The notes: generated by a model not told the origin, from the letters alone. A DNA stretch of 64,000 bases from Candidatus Ornithoclostridium excrementipullorum (GCA_018716085.1 DVKK01000047.1:908-64907), one strand, 5' to 3'. Counted from the stretch's first letter, positions 45,389 through 55,410 are shown. Translations and numbers: made by a program.

Positions 45389-46093
45389 TCAGAGGAAGAA
45401 TACCGACAAACCGTACAGCACTTGTGCGGAGCAGTAACTTATCATTACGAAGAACGGCGCGACTTTGGGCGGTATCTTTGCGGCAGGGCAGTATGTCTTG
45501 AGACCGAGCAGTATGTCCGAGAACGTGAACAAAACCGTGGCGACAAGGACTATAATGCCCGCGTCGCTTTGATTGCCGAGGAAGAACGACGCGCCTCCTA
45601 TGATCGTGCCGCCGAGCACGAGGAAATAGAAGATCATAAGGAAGCTTTTCGTCTTGCTCAAAGTGATCTTGCCCGAAAGTATGACCGCGAGCATTATCAG
45701 AGGCAGTACGGGCAGCGCGATGAGAAGGTGCGGGGTCTGGGATATGGGCGCGTAGTAGTAGAGCAGTATGAGATAGATGACGTGTCCCACGAAAAAATTC
45801 GCCGTGCCGACTACTCCGAAGAAGCCTTCGTCATAGCTGCCTTTCGGGAAAAACGCGTCCATGCACAGCATGATATCCCCGATCGCTCCGAAGATGAGAG
45901 CGCAGAGTATAAATATCCCGTATTCGAGATTTTCGGGATTCAGTAATATAGCGATGACTCCGCAGCAGAGAAAACACAGGCTTGCGAGCAATTTGAACAC
46001 GAATTCTCTGTGACGGTGACCGCGCACGTCGCAGAAGGCTTTCGCTCCCGCGAACACGACGCACATAACTCCGATTGCGATGAACCAATCCAT
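45389..46093 (-). CDS. polytopic membrane protein, possibly YhhN (lysoplasmalogenase) family
   Basis: Seven to eight TM helices with a YhhN-like size and pattern. No clear SD, so the start is uncertain. Confidence 0.5.
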   Translation of the reverse strand: MDWFIAIGVMCVVFAGAKAFCDVRGHRHREFVFKLLASLCFLCCGVIAILLNPENLEYGIFILCALIFGAIGDIMLCMDAFFPKGSYDEGFFGVVGTANFFVGHVIYLILLYYYAPISQTPHLLIALPVLPLIMLAVILSGKITLSKTKSFLMIFYFLVLGGTIIGGASFFLGNQSDAGIIVLVATVLFTFSDILLGLKTYCPAAKIPPKVAPFFVMISYCSAQVLYGLSVFFL

Positions 46094-46150
46094 AATTATA
46101 TGATACTTGATGGCGCGCGCATTGTCAACAGCGTATCGCGCGCAAAAGCT

Positions 46151-46861
46151 CTATTTGAGTCGTTTGGAAAACCCCGAATGCGTTTTCAGTCTTACGGAGA
46201 GCATGTCGGTGGCTGGGTTGTAGGTCGCAAGAGCTATCTCCGAGAGATTTTTCGAGTTTTCGCCGAGATTGGCTTCCAGCCATTCGCGGGATTTGTTGTA
46301 TTGTATGAGTCCCGTATCGTATATCCTGCCGTCGATCACGAACGGCGTTATCAACGTGACTTCGGGGAGTTTGTCTTTGCGCACGTCTTCCGCCGTAGCG
46401 GGTTGCTTGCCCGCTTTTGGCAGGATACTGAGTTCTCCGCTCGTTTCGAACACGGCATATGCGATGTCGTCGATGTCGAAATATCCCGCGGTACGGCACA
46501 TACCGAGAAGGGCGTTGACGTCCAGTTTGCTCTTGACGAGATTGCGGTAATCGAGTTCTCCGTCGCTGATGAGCACTATGGGCGAGCCTTTGAGGAGCCG
46601 TTTGAGGAACGGGGTCTTGCGTTCGGCGAACGCTATCGCGAGGCTGAGTACGAAATAGATCGCGATGGCAATACAGTATATACGCCAGTCCGCTTCCCGG
46701 TCTATCGCCCATTCGGCGGATATCGATCCCAGCGAGATCCCGATCACGTAGTCGCTGAACGTGAGTTCCGCGATCTGCTTTTTGCCCAGAAGTTTCGCCA
46801 GTATGAACAGCGACACGAAAGATATCAAAGAATTGACGGCGACTTGTCCGAGAATACCCAT
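46151..46861 (-). CDS. DUF421 (YetF-like) membrane protein
   Basis: N-terminus ...LISFVSLFILAKLLGKKQIAELTFSDYVIGISLGSI is characteristic of the YetF/DUF421 family. Confidence 0.7.
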   Translation of the reverse strand: MGILGQVAVNSLISFVSLFILAKLLGKKQIAELTFSDYVIGISLGSISAEWAIDREADWRIYCIAIAIYFVLSLAIAFAERKTPFLKRLLKGSPIVLISDGELDYRNLVKSKLDVNALLGMCRTAGYFDIDDIAYAVFETSGELSILPKAGKQPATAEDVRKDKLPEVTLITPFVIDGRIYDTGLIQYNKSREWLEANLGENSKNLSEIALATYNPATDMLSVRLKTHSGFSKRLK

Positions 46862-47086
46862 AGCGCGAGTATTCCCGAAACGGAGACGTTTAACCGCATA
46901 CCGTGCGTCGCGGCGAAAACGTGTAAGGCACGCGCTTGCCGGCGGAGGGGATCATTGCCGCAAAACGCATGAGGGGAAGGCTCGGGCGGAATGCGCCGCC
47001 GCAATATCCGGGCATATTTTCGTTCGGTCGTAAACGAAGCGTTTACCTACACGGGTAGGCGTTTTCGATAAGATAAACCACTCGCG

Positions 47087-47119
47087 GAAAAAATAAGAGA
47101 GGGCGGCTAAACGCCGCCC
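47087..47119 (-). terminator. intrinsic terminator
   Basis: GGGCGGC-TAAAC-GCCGCCC hairpin with a T-rich tract on the minus strand. Confidence 0.6.
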
Positions 47120-47126
47120 GCAAACG

Positions 47127-47948
47127 TTATCGGTCCTGTTTCGGCAAGAACCCGAAAAGGTGGGAAATGTTCATGTCCTTCGGAATATTCTTGCCGTGAT
47201 TGCCCGTACCTATCAGCATGCGGTGTACGCCGTGATCGGGGCACATACCTATCAAGGTGTCGTGTCCGCTCCAATGTTCTTTGACCGCGGCGACGAGTTT
47301 GTCGAAATTGACGTTGTAGCAATCGAGCGCGCGGCGGGCTCTGCGCGACTTGGGGTGCGTGAAATGTATCGCGTCGTCATAGCGCTGATTGTAGACGCAG
47401 AGAAGATCGTATTCGTCTTTCTTTATCAGCTCGAGCGCTTTTTCCACGACTTCGTCGTCGTACCGTTCGCTGAAATAATCCATGTCCCTGCCGCGGAAGA
47501 TCCTGTCCATGCTCTGGTTTTTTACGCTCACTATGCAGGGCTTTTTGCCCGCTTTTATGAAGGCGTCGAATATCGAATCTATCGTCACCACAGGCTTTTC
47601 GTATTTGAGTATCCCGTGGACTTCGGGCTCGGCCCCCGTGTACATCGAAGCGAAGCATACGGGCGTTTTGGGCGGGAAGACCGTTATGAATCTGTGGCGG
47701 ACGGGCGCGTATTCCAGACTCCGCGCGAATTTACCGATGTATTTGTCCATGACCCAATCGCCGATCGCGTCGGGATTGTATATCATTATCCTGTCCGCGG
47801 TAAACGCTCCGTAGCGGGAGAAGAGCTCGTCCGTCAGTTCCGTACTGGCGGGGGCGGCTTGTTCGGGCGGTCTTACGCCGGCGGCTTTGCAAAGAGCCGC
47901 GCACAGACCGGTCATCGGATCCGTAAAAAATCCGTGTTCGTCTTTCAT
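47127..47948 (-). CDS. alkaline-phosphatase-superfamily protein (type I phosphodiesterase/nucleotide pyrophosphatase-like)
   Basis: FPPKTPVCFASMYTGAEPEVHGI (nucleophile Thr region) and CPDHGVH metal-ligand motif. Start moved to ATG 47948 (AGGAG upstream) from the ORF-track 47963. Confidence 0.7.
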   Translation of the reverse strand: MKDEHGFFTDPMTGLCAALCKAAGVRPPEQAAPASTELTDELFSRYGAFTADRIMIYNPDAIGDWVMDKYIGKFARSLEYAPVRHRFITVFPPKTPVCFASMYTGAEPEVHGILKYEKPVVTIDSIFDAFIKAGKKPCIVSVKNQSMDRIFRGRDMDYFSERYDDEVVEKALELIKKDEYDLLCVYNQRYDDAIHFTHPKSRRARRALDCYNVNFDKLVAAVKEHWSGHDTLIGMCPDHGVHRMLIGTGNHGKNIPKDMNISHLFGFLPKQDR

Positions 47949-47959
47949 GTTTTCTCCTG

Positions 47960-50470
47960 TCATTCTTCGAACGTACGGTAGAACCAGTTGATGAAGTTCA
48001 GCGGTTTGAAGAACAGTTGTTTCCTGTATTGTTTGTCTGCGCGTATACCGAACTTTCTGGGGATATCCGCCAGCGAACGCACGCGCAGTTTCTTGTCCAG
48101 AGTTTCCTTGTCCGCGCCGTCGATGCGGGCGGTCACGGTCTTGTATTCTCCCGCTTTGAGATCGAAGAAATTGTCGCTCCAGACTGCGTTTATTCCGTCC
48201 AGCATCAGCTCCACGCCTCTTGCGTAAGAGTTAGCCCTTACCGTGACGGAATACGTATCTCCGTCGTACGAAGTGGTGTGTCCGAGCGGAGAGGCGGGAA
48301 GTTCGGCATATTTTTCCTTGACCAGAGTGCGCGTTCTTTCCGATATGAGGGCGCCTTGTTCGTCGTAAAGTTCGGCGTACGCTATCGTGTCGGCGTCGCG
48401 CGTTTTGCCCTTCGGGTTTTTCACGCTTGCGACGGGTATCACGCTTTGCGCGGGACAATCGAATTCTTTTTCCACGCGTTCGATATTTTCTCCGCCCATT
48501 GTCATGAAGCCGCATACCGCCTTGAAGCGGCGGTCTTTCATCGAATCGTTGACGACGTGGAAGTCCGCGCTCTTGCTTTTGAGCGATACGGTAACGGTGA
48601 CGGGGGCGTTGAATTCGCGCGCGCGATAGGTCACGGCTTTGAGATTGCGGTACCAGTCGATCCCCGCCCACGAGGTCACTCCCCAGCAGTCGTTGTACTG
48701 CCAGTAGAGAGCGCCGTTGCAGCGTCCTTTGTTGCGGCGCCAGTGTTCGGTCGCGTCCTGAGCGCAGTCTGCCTGATCGAGCTGACTGAGATAGACGAGA
48801 TCCCACAGCCGTTCGGGCGTCCAGTATCTGTCGATGATGTAAAACTGCGTGCGGGAATTTCCGCACATGGCTTTCTGATGTCCTTTCATCAAAGGATCGG
48901 ACAATGCGTCGGGAAGTTCGCCCGAGCAGAACGTTCGGATCGTATTTTCGTGAGCGAACGCCTGGAAGCCGAATTCACTGCAAAATCTGGTGTAATTCCC
49001 GAGCAGATAACTCACGGGGCGAAGACCGTGCCACGCTTTCCACAGGTGCGTGTCGCCGACGTCGGGAGAGTTGATGCGTTTGAGAAATTTGCTTCCCGTG
49101 GGAGACCCCGGATGATAGGGCGTGACGTCGTCGTACTCGGCTATCTTCGCGGGCAGACGTTTATAGAAGAGTTTTTCGGTCCTCTTAATGTTATCGCGCA
49201 TGAACCGCCATGCCGCGGACATCTGTTCGATCTCGTTGTTGCCGTTCCACAGCGCGAGCGAAGCGTGATGGCGCAGTCGCGTCACGTTGTCGGCGATCTC
49301 GGCGTCGATCTCCGCCATAAAATCTTCCCTTCTGTACGGGAAAGGCGAGCAGGCGAACATACAGTCCTGCCATACGAGAATGCCGTAGCGGTCGCACAGA
49401 TCGTAGAAATCGTCGCTTTCGTAGTATGCGCCGCCCCAAACCCTGAGCATATTCATATTTGCGTGAGCGGCGGTGCTTATGAGAAATTCGATATCGTCGC
49501 GGGTGGTACGTGAGATAAAGCTGTCCGTCGGGACCCAGTTCGCGCCCTTGGCGAAGACCTTGACGCCGTTGAGAACGAAGCAGAAATTACTGCCGTATTT
49601 ATCCTTGGATCTGTCCAGAACGATCGTGCGCAGTCCGATCGTATATTCGAGTACGCGGTCGGGCTCGTCTTCGGCATATGCGCGCAGAGTATACAGGGGC
49701 TGATCGCCCAATCCGTTGCACCACCACAGACGGGGAGACGTTATGACCGTCTCCGCGTCGCCGGTTGCCGAGAAGGACGATTCTTCGCCGTCGGGAGAAA
49801 CGAGAGTATAACCCACTCTGCCGCCTTCGCCTCCGTCGAATTCGGGCGACAGTTTCAACGTCACGCTGCCGTTTTCGTGGATCTGCCTGATGCGCACGGA
49901 AGACAGTTTCGCTCCGTTATACGCCTCGATGTAGACCGGTTTTATCATGCCGCATTGCAGCAGATGTGGAGCCCAGTCCCAGCCGAAGTGGTACGCGGGT
50001 TTGCGGATATGGCACGATCCGGCTTCGCCTTCGGTGGTATTGAGCATGGGCATTGCCTTTTGCCATTGCGCGATATATTCGAGGCAGTTGAGAAATTTGA
50101 CGCTTATCGTGTTCTCGCCTTCGGTCAGCGCGTCTTTGACGTCGAAAACGTATCTGCGGTAAGCGTTCTGCGTCGTACCGATCTCCTTGCCGTTTACGGA
50201 TATCTCGGCGAGAGTATCGAGCATTTCGAAGACCAGTTCGCACTTTTCCGCGTCGAGGATCTCGGGCGCTACTTCGAAAGTGCGGGTGTATATCCAGTTA
50301 TGTTCGCCCACCCATTGGACGGCCTTTTCGTTGCAGCCGAGGAACGGGTCGGGGATTATCTCCGCCCGCATAAGGTCGAGGAAGTTGCATCCGGGGACCT
50401 GAGCGGGAATATTTTCGACTCTGTCGTTATCTGTCAGGGACCAGACTCCGTTTAGACCGATCTGCTTCAT
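47960..50470 (-). CDS. GH2 beta-mannosidase
   Basis: N-terminus MKQIGLNGVWSL...IPAQVPGCNFLDL and the acid/base region LWNGNNE fit beta-mannosidase-type GH2. Start is at ATG 50470 after GGAGG. Confidence 0.85.
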   Translation of the reverse strand: MKQIGLNGVWSLTDNDRVENIPAQVPGCNFLDLMRAEIIPDPFLGCNEKAVQWVGEHNWIYTRTFEVAPEILDAEKCELVFEMLDTLAEISVNGKEIGTTQNAYRRYVFDVKDALTEGENTISVKFLNCLEYIAQWQKAMPMLNTTEGEAGSCHIRKPAYHFGWDWAPHLLQCGMIKPVYIEAYNGAKLSSVRIRQIHENGSVTLKLSPEFDGGEGGRVGYTLVSPDGEESSFSATGDAETVITSPRLWWCNGLGDQPLYTLRAYAEDEPDRVLEYTIGLRTIVLDRSKDKYGSNFCFVLNGVKVFAKGANWVPTDSFISRTTRDDIEFLISTAAHANMNMLRVWGGAYYESDDFYDLCDRYGILVWQDCMFACSPFPYRREDFMAEIDAEIADNVTRLRHHASLALWNGNNEIEQMSAAWRFMRDNIKRTEKLFYKRLPAKIAEYDDVTPYHPGSPTGSKFLKRINSPDVGDTHLWKAWHGLRPVSYLLGNYTRFCSEFGFQAFAHENTIRTFCSGELPDALSDPLMKGHQKAMCGNSRTQFYIIDRYWTPERLWDLVYLSQLDQADCAQDATEHWRRNKGRCNGALYWQYNDCWGVTSWAGIDWYRNLKAVTYRAREFNAPVTVTVSLKSKSADFHVVNDSMKDRRFKAVCGFMTMGGENIERVEKEFDCPAQSVIPVASVKNPKGKTRDADTIAYAELYDEQGALISERTRTLVKEKYAELPASPLGHTTSYDGDTYSVTVRANSYARGVELMLDGINAVWSDNFFDLKAGEYKTVTARIDGADKETLDKKLRVRSLADIPRKFGIRADKQYRKQLFFKPLNFINWFYRTFEE

Positions 50471-50651
50471 CAACACACCTCCGGAACGGCGCCGCACAGC
50501 GACGCGTTCGGTATATTTATTATATTTTAAATTATTTTTATATAATAGTCAACATTTGCGCGCTTGCAAGCGCGTATTTTGCGAAAATTATCGCTTCGGG
50601 AGATAAAATCGCGCGCGTAGACGCGAATCGGAGAAGAGAAGGAGTATCGGG

Positions 50652-52037
50652 TCAGTCGACGTTCTCCGTCTGTCCGATACCGGGATCCTCCTCTGCGGCA
50701 GTTTCTTTTTCCGCGGCTTTTGCCGCGCGCAGTCTGTCGGCGTCTTTGGCGACGAACGCTATCGGAACGATCGACAGGAGCGCGACCACCGCCGCCGCGA
50801 GGAATATCTCGAACGGGGGAGACGTCACGCCTCCGTCGTTCGCGCTGAAAGAGTTGATGCCTATCGCAAGCGAGATCACGGGCCCGACGACCATCGGTAT
50901 CAACACGGTGAAGCACATACGGACTCCTTGAAAACGTCCTTCGAAACCTTTGGGTATATAGTCCTGAAAAGTCGCCATGAGCGCGCCGTTGGTGCACAGC
51001 ATGGAACCGAGCATCACCGTACCTCCGACGTACAGCATGGGTAGATACGAGCTTGCGCCCAGAAATTTGGTCAGATATATCGAAAATGTGCCTATCGTCA
51101 TGACGACGGCAAGGGGAACGAAAAACTTTTTTCGTCCGAATCTGTCGTACAGCACGCCGAAAACTCCCGTGATGACCGCCGACAGCACTATGACCGTCCC
51201 GAGCGGAAGGATATAGTCGGTTATACCGAGAGTCGCCGTGATGAAATTGATGAGATATGACATAAAAGTCTGCTGCGCGATCCCCGCAAGCGAGAGCGCC
51301 GCAAGACAGACGAACATAAACTTGTTTTCTTTGACTACGGACGGGCGGAAGCCGTAAAAGACGTCTTTCGCGCTGCGCATATCCGAACGTACGATCCCGG
51401 GTTTGTCTTTTATTAGAAATACCGAGGCAATGCCGCACACGATCGGGATCGCGCCCAGTACGATGAAAAACGCCGAGTAATTGCCTTTGTCGTATGTGAA
51501 CATCGCCACCGCTATCGCCGCGACGGTAGCGAGAACGGGCATTACGGACAGGACGGTGTTGACTTTTCCGCGGTTGGAAGAGTCCGTCACGTCTGTCACC
51601 CATGCGTTGAAGGCCGCGTCGTTGGCGGTGGAGCCCACCAACGTCATCACGCAGTCGAATACGACCAGCAAAGTTATGACGAGCGGCGCTTCGTCGGGGG
51701 AGGGATCTGCGCCGAGCGCGGCAAAGAGCATTATCGTAAAGCCCCAGAGCAAGTAACCTGCCGAAATGAAGATCTTTCGCCTGCCCGCTTTGTCGCTGAG
51801 CGCGCCCGCAAAGACTGTCGTGACCGTGGCGGTCACCGCCGACAACACGACCATTAAAGTGGTGACGATGAAATAGTAATTGCCGTAGTCGGCCGAATTC
51901 TCGAAGATGTCCTGCGCAAAGGTGGAGAAATACATATTTTCGACTATCCAGGCTATCTGTCCGATAAAGCCGCATACGAGCAGCGACGCCCAGATCCTGC
52001 CGCCGAGCGGTGTGGAACGCGAACCGATGTTTTTCAT
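50652..52037 (-). CDS. MFS-type sugar/glycoside transporter
   Basis: 12 TM helices. Start is at ATG 52037 after GGAGGG. Co-directional with the beta-mannosidase gene. Confidence 0.8.
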   Translation of the reverse strand: MKNIGSRSTPLGGRIWASLLVCGFIGQIAWIVENMYFSTFAQDIFENSADYGNYYFIVTTLMVVLSAVTATVTTVFAGALSDKAGRRKIFISAGYLLWGFTIMLFAALGADPSPDEAPLVITLLVVFDCVMTLVGSTANDAAFNAWVTDVTDSSNRGKVNTVLSVMPVLATVAAIAVAMFTYDKGNYSAFFIVLGAIPIVCGIASVFLIKDKPGIVRSDMRSAKDVFYGFRPSVVKENKFMFVCLAALSLAGIAQQTFMSYLINFITATLGITDYILPLGTVIVLSAVITGVFGVLYDRFGRKKFFVPLAVVMTIGTFSIYLTKFLGASSYLPMLYVGGTVMLGSMLCTNGALMATFQDYIPKGFEGRFQGVRMCFTVLIPMVVGPVISLAIGINSFSANDGGVTSPPFEIFLAAAVVALLSIVPIAFVAKDADRLRAAKAAEKETAAEEDPGIGQTENVD

Positions 52038-52170
52038 GATCTTCCCTCCGCTTCTATCATACTCCAAACGGACGCCGTCCGCAAGAGGGTATTTCGGATT
52101 TGCCGCGTTATCGCCGAAAAAACATTGTCCGCCGAAGCTCATAAGAAAAAGCGGATCGGACGCGTCGACG

Positions 52171-52200
52171 AAAAAAGCCCCGGCGCCGAGCGCACGGGGC
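52171..52200 (-). terminator. intrinsic terminator after dapB
   Basis: Minus strand GCCCCG-loop-CGGGGC followed by TTTTTT. Confidence 0.7.
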
Positions 52201-52219
52201 AAGAGGGGGCAGTTGAGCG

Positions 52220-52990
52220 TTACGATCGCGGCATCATCTCGGCGATAACGTCGTCCATCGAATACATACGCGGGGCTTTGCCTTTGAGGAAAGCCGCCGC
52301 TTTGAGCGCGCCGTGAGCAAAGACGGCCTTGCTGTGCGCTTCGTGGGCGATCGTTACGACTTCGTCGTCGCCGTAGAAACCGACTTCGTGTCTGCCCACG
52401 ACCGTTCCGCCTCTGACCGCATGGATGCCGATCTCGTTGTGGGCGCGGCGGGTATCTCCTCCGTGTCTGCCGAACGTCAATTCGAAGCCCGGCTTTTCTT
52501 CGAGCAGTCCTTCCGCGATCGCGAGCGCGGTGCCCGAGGGGGAGTCTACCTTGCGGTTGTGATGCGTTTCGATTATCTCTATGTCGAAATTGTCGCCGAG
52601 GAAAGCAGCAGCTTTTTTCGCCAGTCCGATAAGCAGATTTATGCCCAAAGACATATTGCTGGAACGGAATATCGCGACCTTTTCGGACGCCGCCTCGATC
52701 GCGTCGAGCTGAGCCGCGGAGTAGCCGGTGGTAGCGAGCAGCAGCGCGGTACCCGTGCGCTGTGCGTATTCGAGCAGACCGTCCAAAGCTTCGGGGCGGG
52801 AGAAGTCGATCACGACGTCGGCGCTCACGTTGATATCGGAAGGCTTTGCGAACACGGGCACGGAAAATTTCGAAGGATCGGCATAGGCGTCTATACCTCC
52901 GACGCAGCGTACGTCGGGGTGTTCGGAGAGCGCGTTCAGAAGGTTTGCGCCCATTTTGCCGCCTATTCCGCAGATGATTATATCTGTCAT
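52220..52990 (-). CDS. dapB: 4-hydroxy-tetrahydrodipicolinate reductase
   Basis: N-terminal Rossmann motif IIICGIGGKMG and the HHNRKVDSPSGTA substrate-binding motif. Confidence 0.92.
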   Translation of the reverse strand: MTDIIICGIGGKMGANLLNALSEHPDVRCVGGIDAYADPSKFSVPVFAKPSDINVSADVVIDFSRPEALDGLLEYAQRTGTALLLATTGYSAAQLDAIEAASEKVAIFRSSNMSLGINLLIGLAKKAAAFLGDNFDIEIIETHHNRKVDSPSGTALAIAEGLLEEKPGFELTFGRHGGDTRRAHNEIGIHAVRGGTVVGRHEVGFYGDDEVVTIAHEAHSKAVFAHGALKAAAFLKGKAPRMYSMDDVIAEMMPRS

Positions 52991-52991
52991 A

Positions 52992-53876
52992 TCACGCCTC
53001 GATGAATGAGAGTTTTTTCATCTCTTCTCTAAGAGCCGCCGTCGTTGCGTCGGTCGCCTGTGTGAGGGGCAGACGCATATACGGCTTGCACAGTCCGAGC
53101 AGGGCGCACGCCGCCTTGATCGGTATGGGGTTGACTTCGGCGAACATCAGTTCGAAGAAGCGCTGATAACGGTATTGCAGTTTTCTCGCCGTGGCATAAT
53201 CTCCCGCGAGGCAGGCGTCGGTGAGTTCTTTGATCCTGGCGGGCACGGCATTGGACGCGACCGAGATAAGACCGACTCCGCCCACCGCGAAGATCGGCAG
53301 AGCGGCGGGATCGTCGCCCGAGAACAGCGAGATGTTGCTGCCCTCGATCGCCTTTGCGATATTTATGACCTGAGTGATGTTGCCGCTCGCCTCTTTGATA
53401 CCTGCGAGATTTGGTATCTCGGTCAGGCGCGCCGCTGTGGAGGGCAGAAGATTGACGCCCGTCCTTCCGGGGACGTTATAGGCTATGACCGGCAGGGACG
53501 TGCTCTCCGCGACCGTACGGTAATGCAGGAACAGACCGTCCTGCGTGCATTTGTTGTAGTAGGGAGTGACGACCAGAACGCCGTCCGCACCCAGTTCTTC
53601 CGCGCGGCGGCTGTTTGCGGCGGCGGAGGCGGTGCAGTTGCTGCCCGTGCCCGCTATGACCGGGATCCTGCCTGCGACTGTCCGAACGGCAAAGCGGATC
53701 ACGTCCGATCTTTCCGTATCGGTCATTGCGGGAGGCTCTCCCGTGGTGCCGCATATGACGAGCGCATTCACGCCCGCGTCGAGCTGTGCGCAGATCAGCT
53801 TTTCGAGAGAAGCATAGTCTATGCGTCCGTCCTCTTCGAAAGGCGTGATCAGCGCCGTGCCTAACCCTTTGAACAT
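52992..53876 (-). CDS. dapA: 4-hydroxy-tetrahydrodipicolinate synthase
   Basis: GTALITPF...ICGTTGE...AYNVPGRT motifs. GAGGAG SD is upstream. Confidence 0.95.
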   Translation of the reverse strand: MFKGLGTALITPFEEDGRIDYASLEKLICAQLDAGVNALVICGTTGEPPAMTDTERSDVIRFAVRTVAGRIPVIAGTGSNCTASAAANSRRAEELGADGVLVVTPYYNKCTQDGLFLHYRTVAESTSLPVIAYNVPGRTGVNLLPSTAARLTEIPNLAGIKEASGNITQVINIAKAIEGSNISLFSGDDPAALPIFAVGGVGLISVASNAVPARIKELTDACLAGDYATARKLQYRYQRFFELMFAEVNPIPIKAACALLGLCKPYMRLPLTQATDATTAALREEMKKLSFIEA

Positions 53877-53886
53877 TTTTTACTCC

Positions 53887-54906
53887 TCAGATCTTGTTGT
53901 GAGCGATCATATATTCCGCGATCTGGACGGCGTTGGACGCCGCGCCTTTGCGGATATTGTCGGCGACGACCCACAGGTTCACGCCGCTGTCCACGGTGTC
54001 GTCGATACGGATCCTGCCGACGTAGACTTCGTCGTGTCCGGTCGCGTCGATCGGCATCGGGTATTTGTTGTTCGCCACGTCGTCGACGACCACGAGCCCG
54101 GGCTGGGAGGAAAGCGCTTCGATAACGCTCTCTCTGGTGCAGGGCTTTTCGAATTCGACGTTTATGGACTCGCTGTGCGAATTGAGCACGGGGACTCTGA
54201 CGGTGGTCGCGGTGACCTTGATCGACTTGTCGCCGAGTATCTTCTTGGTCTCGTTGATCATCTTTTCCTCTTCTTTGGTGTAGCCGTTGGGGAGGAAAAC
54301 ATCGATATGGGGCAGACAGTTGTTGACGATCTGATAGGGGAACTTCTGCGTTTTGTAGTCGCCGCCCGCCGCGAAAGCCTTGATGCCTTCGTTGAGATCG
54401 TTGTATCCCGCGACGCCCGCGCCGCTGACCGCCTGGTAGGTCGAATAGACGATGCGCTTGATGCCGAACTTATCGTAGAGCGGTTTGAGCGCGACCATCG
54501 CCTGGATGGTGGAGCAGTTGGGGTTGGCGATTATGCCGTGGTGCCAATCGATATCCTGAGGATTGACCTCGGGAACGACGAGAGGCACGTCGTCGTGCAT
54601 ACGCCACTGGCTGGAGTTGTCGATGACGACCGCTCCGTTCTGCGCGAAAACGGGCGCGAATCTGGCGCTGGTGGAACCGCCCGCGGAGAAGAGGGCGATA
54701 TCGATCTTCTTGTCCTTGACGTTGTCTTCGGTCAATTCGATGACGGTGTATTCCTTTCCCATGAATCTGACCTTTTTGCCGGCGCTCTTCGCGGAGGCGT
54801 AGAGGTAATAATTCTCGACGGGAAGTTTTTTCTCCTCGAGAACTTCGAGGAACTTGTTGCCGACCATACCGGTCGCGCCGACTACGGCGATGTTGTACTT
54901 TTTCAT
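53887..54906 (-). CDS. asd: aspartate-semialdehyde dehydrogenase
   Basis: NIAVVGATGMVG and the active-site Cys region IIANPNCSTIQ. Start is at ATG 54906 after AGGAG. Confidence 0.95.
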   Translation of the reverse strand: MKKYNIAVVGATGMVGNKFLEVLEEKKLPVENYYLYASAKSAGKKVRFMGKEYTVIELTEDNVKDKKIDIALFSAGGSTSARFAPVFAQNGAVVIDNSSQWRMHDDVPLVVPEVNPQDIDWHHGIIANPNCSTIQAMVALKPLYDKFGIKRIVYSTYQAVSGAGVAGYNDLNEGIKAFAAGGDYKTQKFPYQIVNNCLPHIDVFLPNGYTKEEEKMINETKKILGDKSIKVTATTVRVPVLNSHSESINVEFEKPCTRESVIEALSSQPGLVVVDDVANNKYPMPIDATGHDEVYVGRIRIDDTVDSGVNLWVVADNIRKGAASNAVQIAEYMIAHNKI

Positions 54907-54964
54907 AAAAACTCCTTTCCAAGCATAAGCTTGCGATGTTTCCTGTCCGGCGGGCGGACCCGCA

Positions 54965-55172
54965 TAAAAAAATCCGTCTTCGACGTGGGCGAAAACGGAA
55001 ACGATGATCCTTGTCCGCAAATAGCCCTCCATCGAACGATGACAGTTATGAGACTTTCGTCGTCATACCCAGCCGAACCTGCTCCAAAGCGCCCGGGACG
55101 GCTTCGGCGATGCTCCCTTTCGTCGGCGTTCTTTGAAACGTAGTTCCGATTACTGATGAGTACCGCGCCTCT
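54965..55172 (-). promoter_or_regulatory. lysine riboswitch (L-box) with terminator, leader of asd-dapA-dapB
   Basis: The minus strand reads AGAGGCGCGGTACTCATCAGTAATC...GAAAGGGAGCATCGCCGAAGCC...TTGGAGCAGG...AACTGTCATCGTTCGATGGAGGGCTAT. This matches the conserved L-box blocks. A CCGTTTTCG/CGAAGACGG hairpin plus TTTTTTT follows. Promoter TTTACA-17-TATCAT lies just upstream. Confidence 0.85.
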
Positions 55173-55410
55173 ATTGCACGACAATGATATCACAAAGGTG
55201 CGCCCGTGTAAAGCGATTTGCGCAAAAAAATGCGTTTTTCGCGGCCCGACGCGCTTTTTCCGCGGGTTTTCGTGCATAAAGAAAACGGCGCGCGAGGCGG
55301 GTTTTCGCCGTTTTGCGGCAAAAATTTCGGGTGCTCCCCATATTTGTTTGCGATTTTCGCGGCAATAGTGTATTATATTCAGTATTAAAGGAGAGCGGCT
55401 CGGGCCGCGT

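Noticed and set aside
50527-51975. 482-aa alternative-frame minus-strand ORF overlapping the MFS transporter gene
   Set aside because: It is Arg/Gly/His-rich, has no TM pattern and no SD. The in-frame MFS product has 12 clear TM helices.
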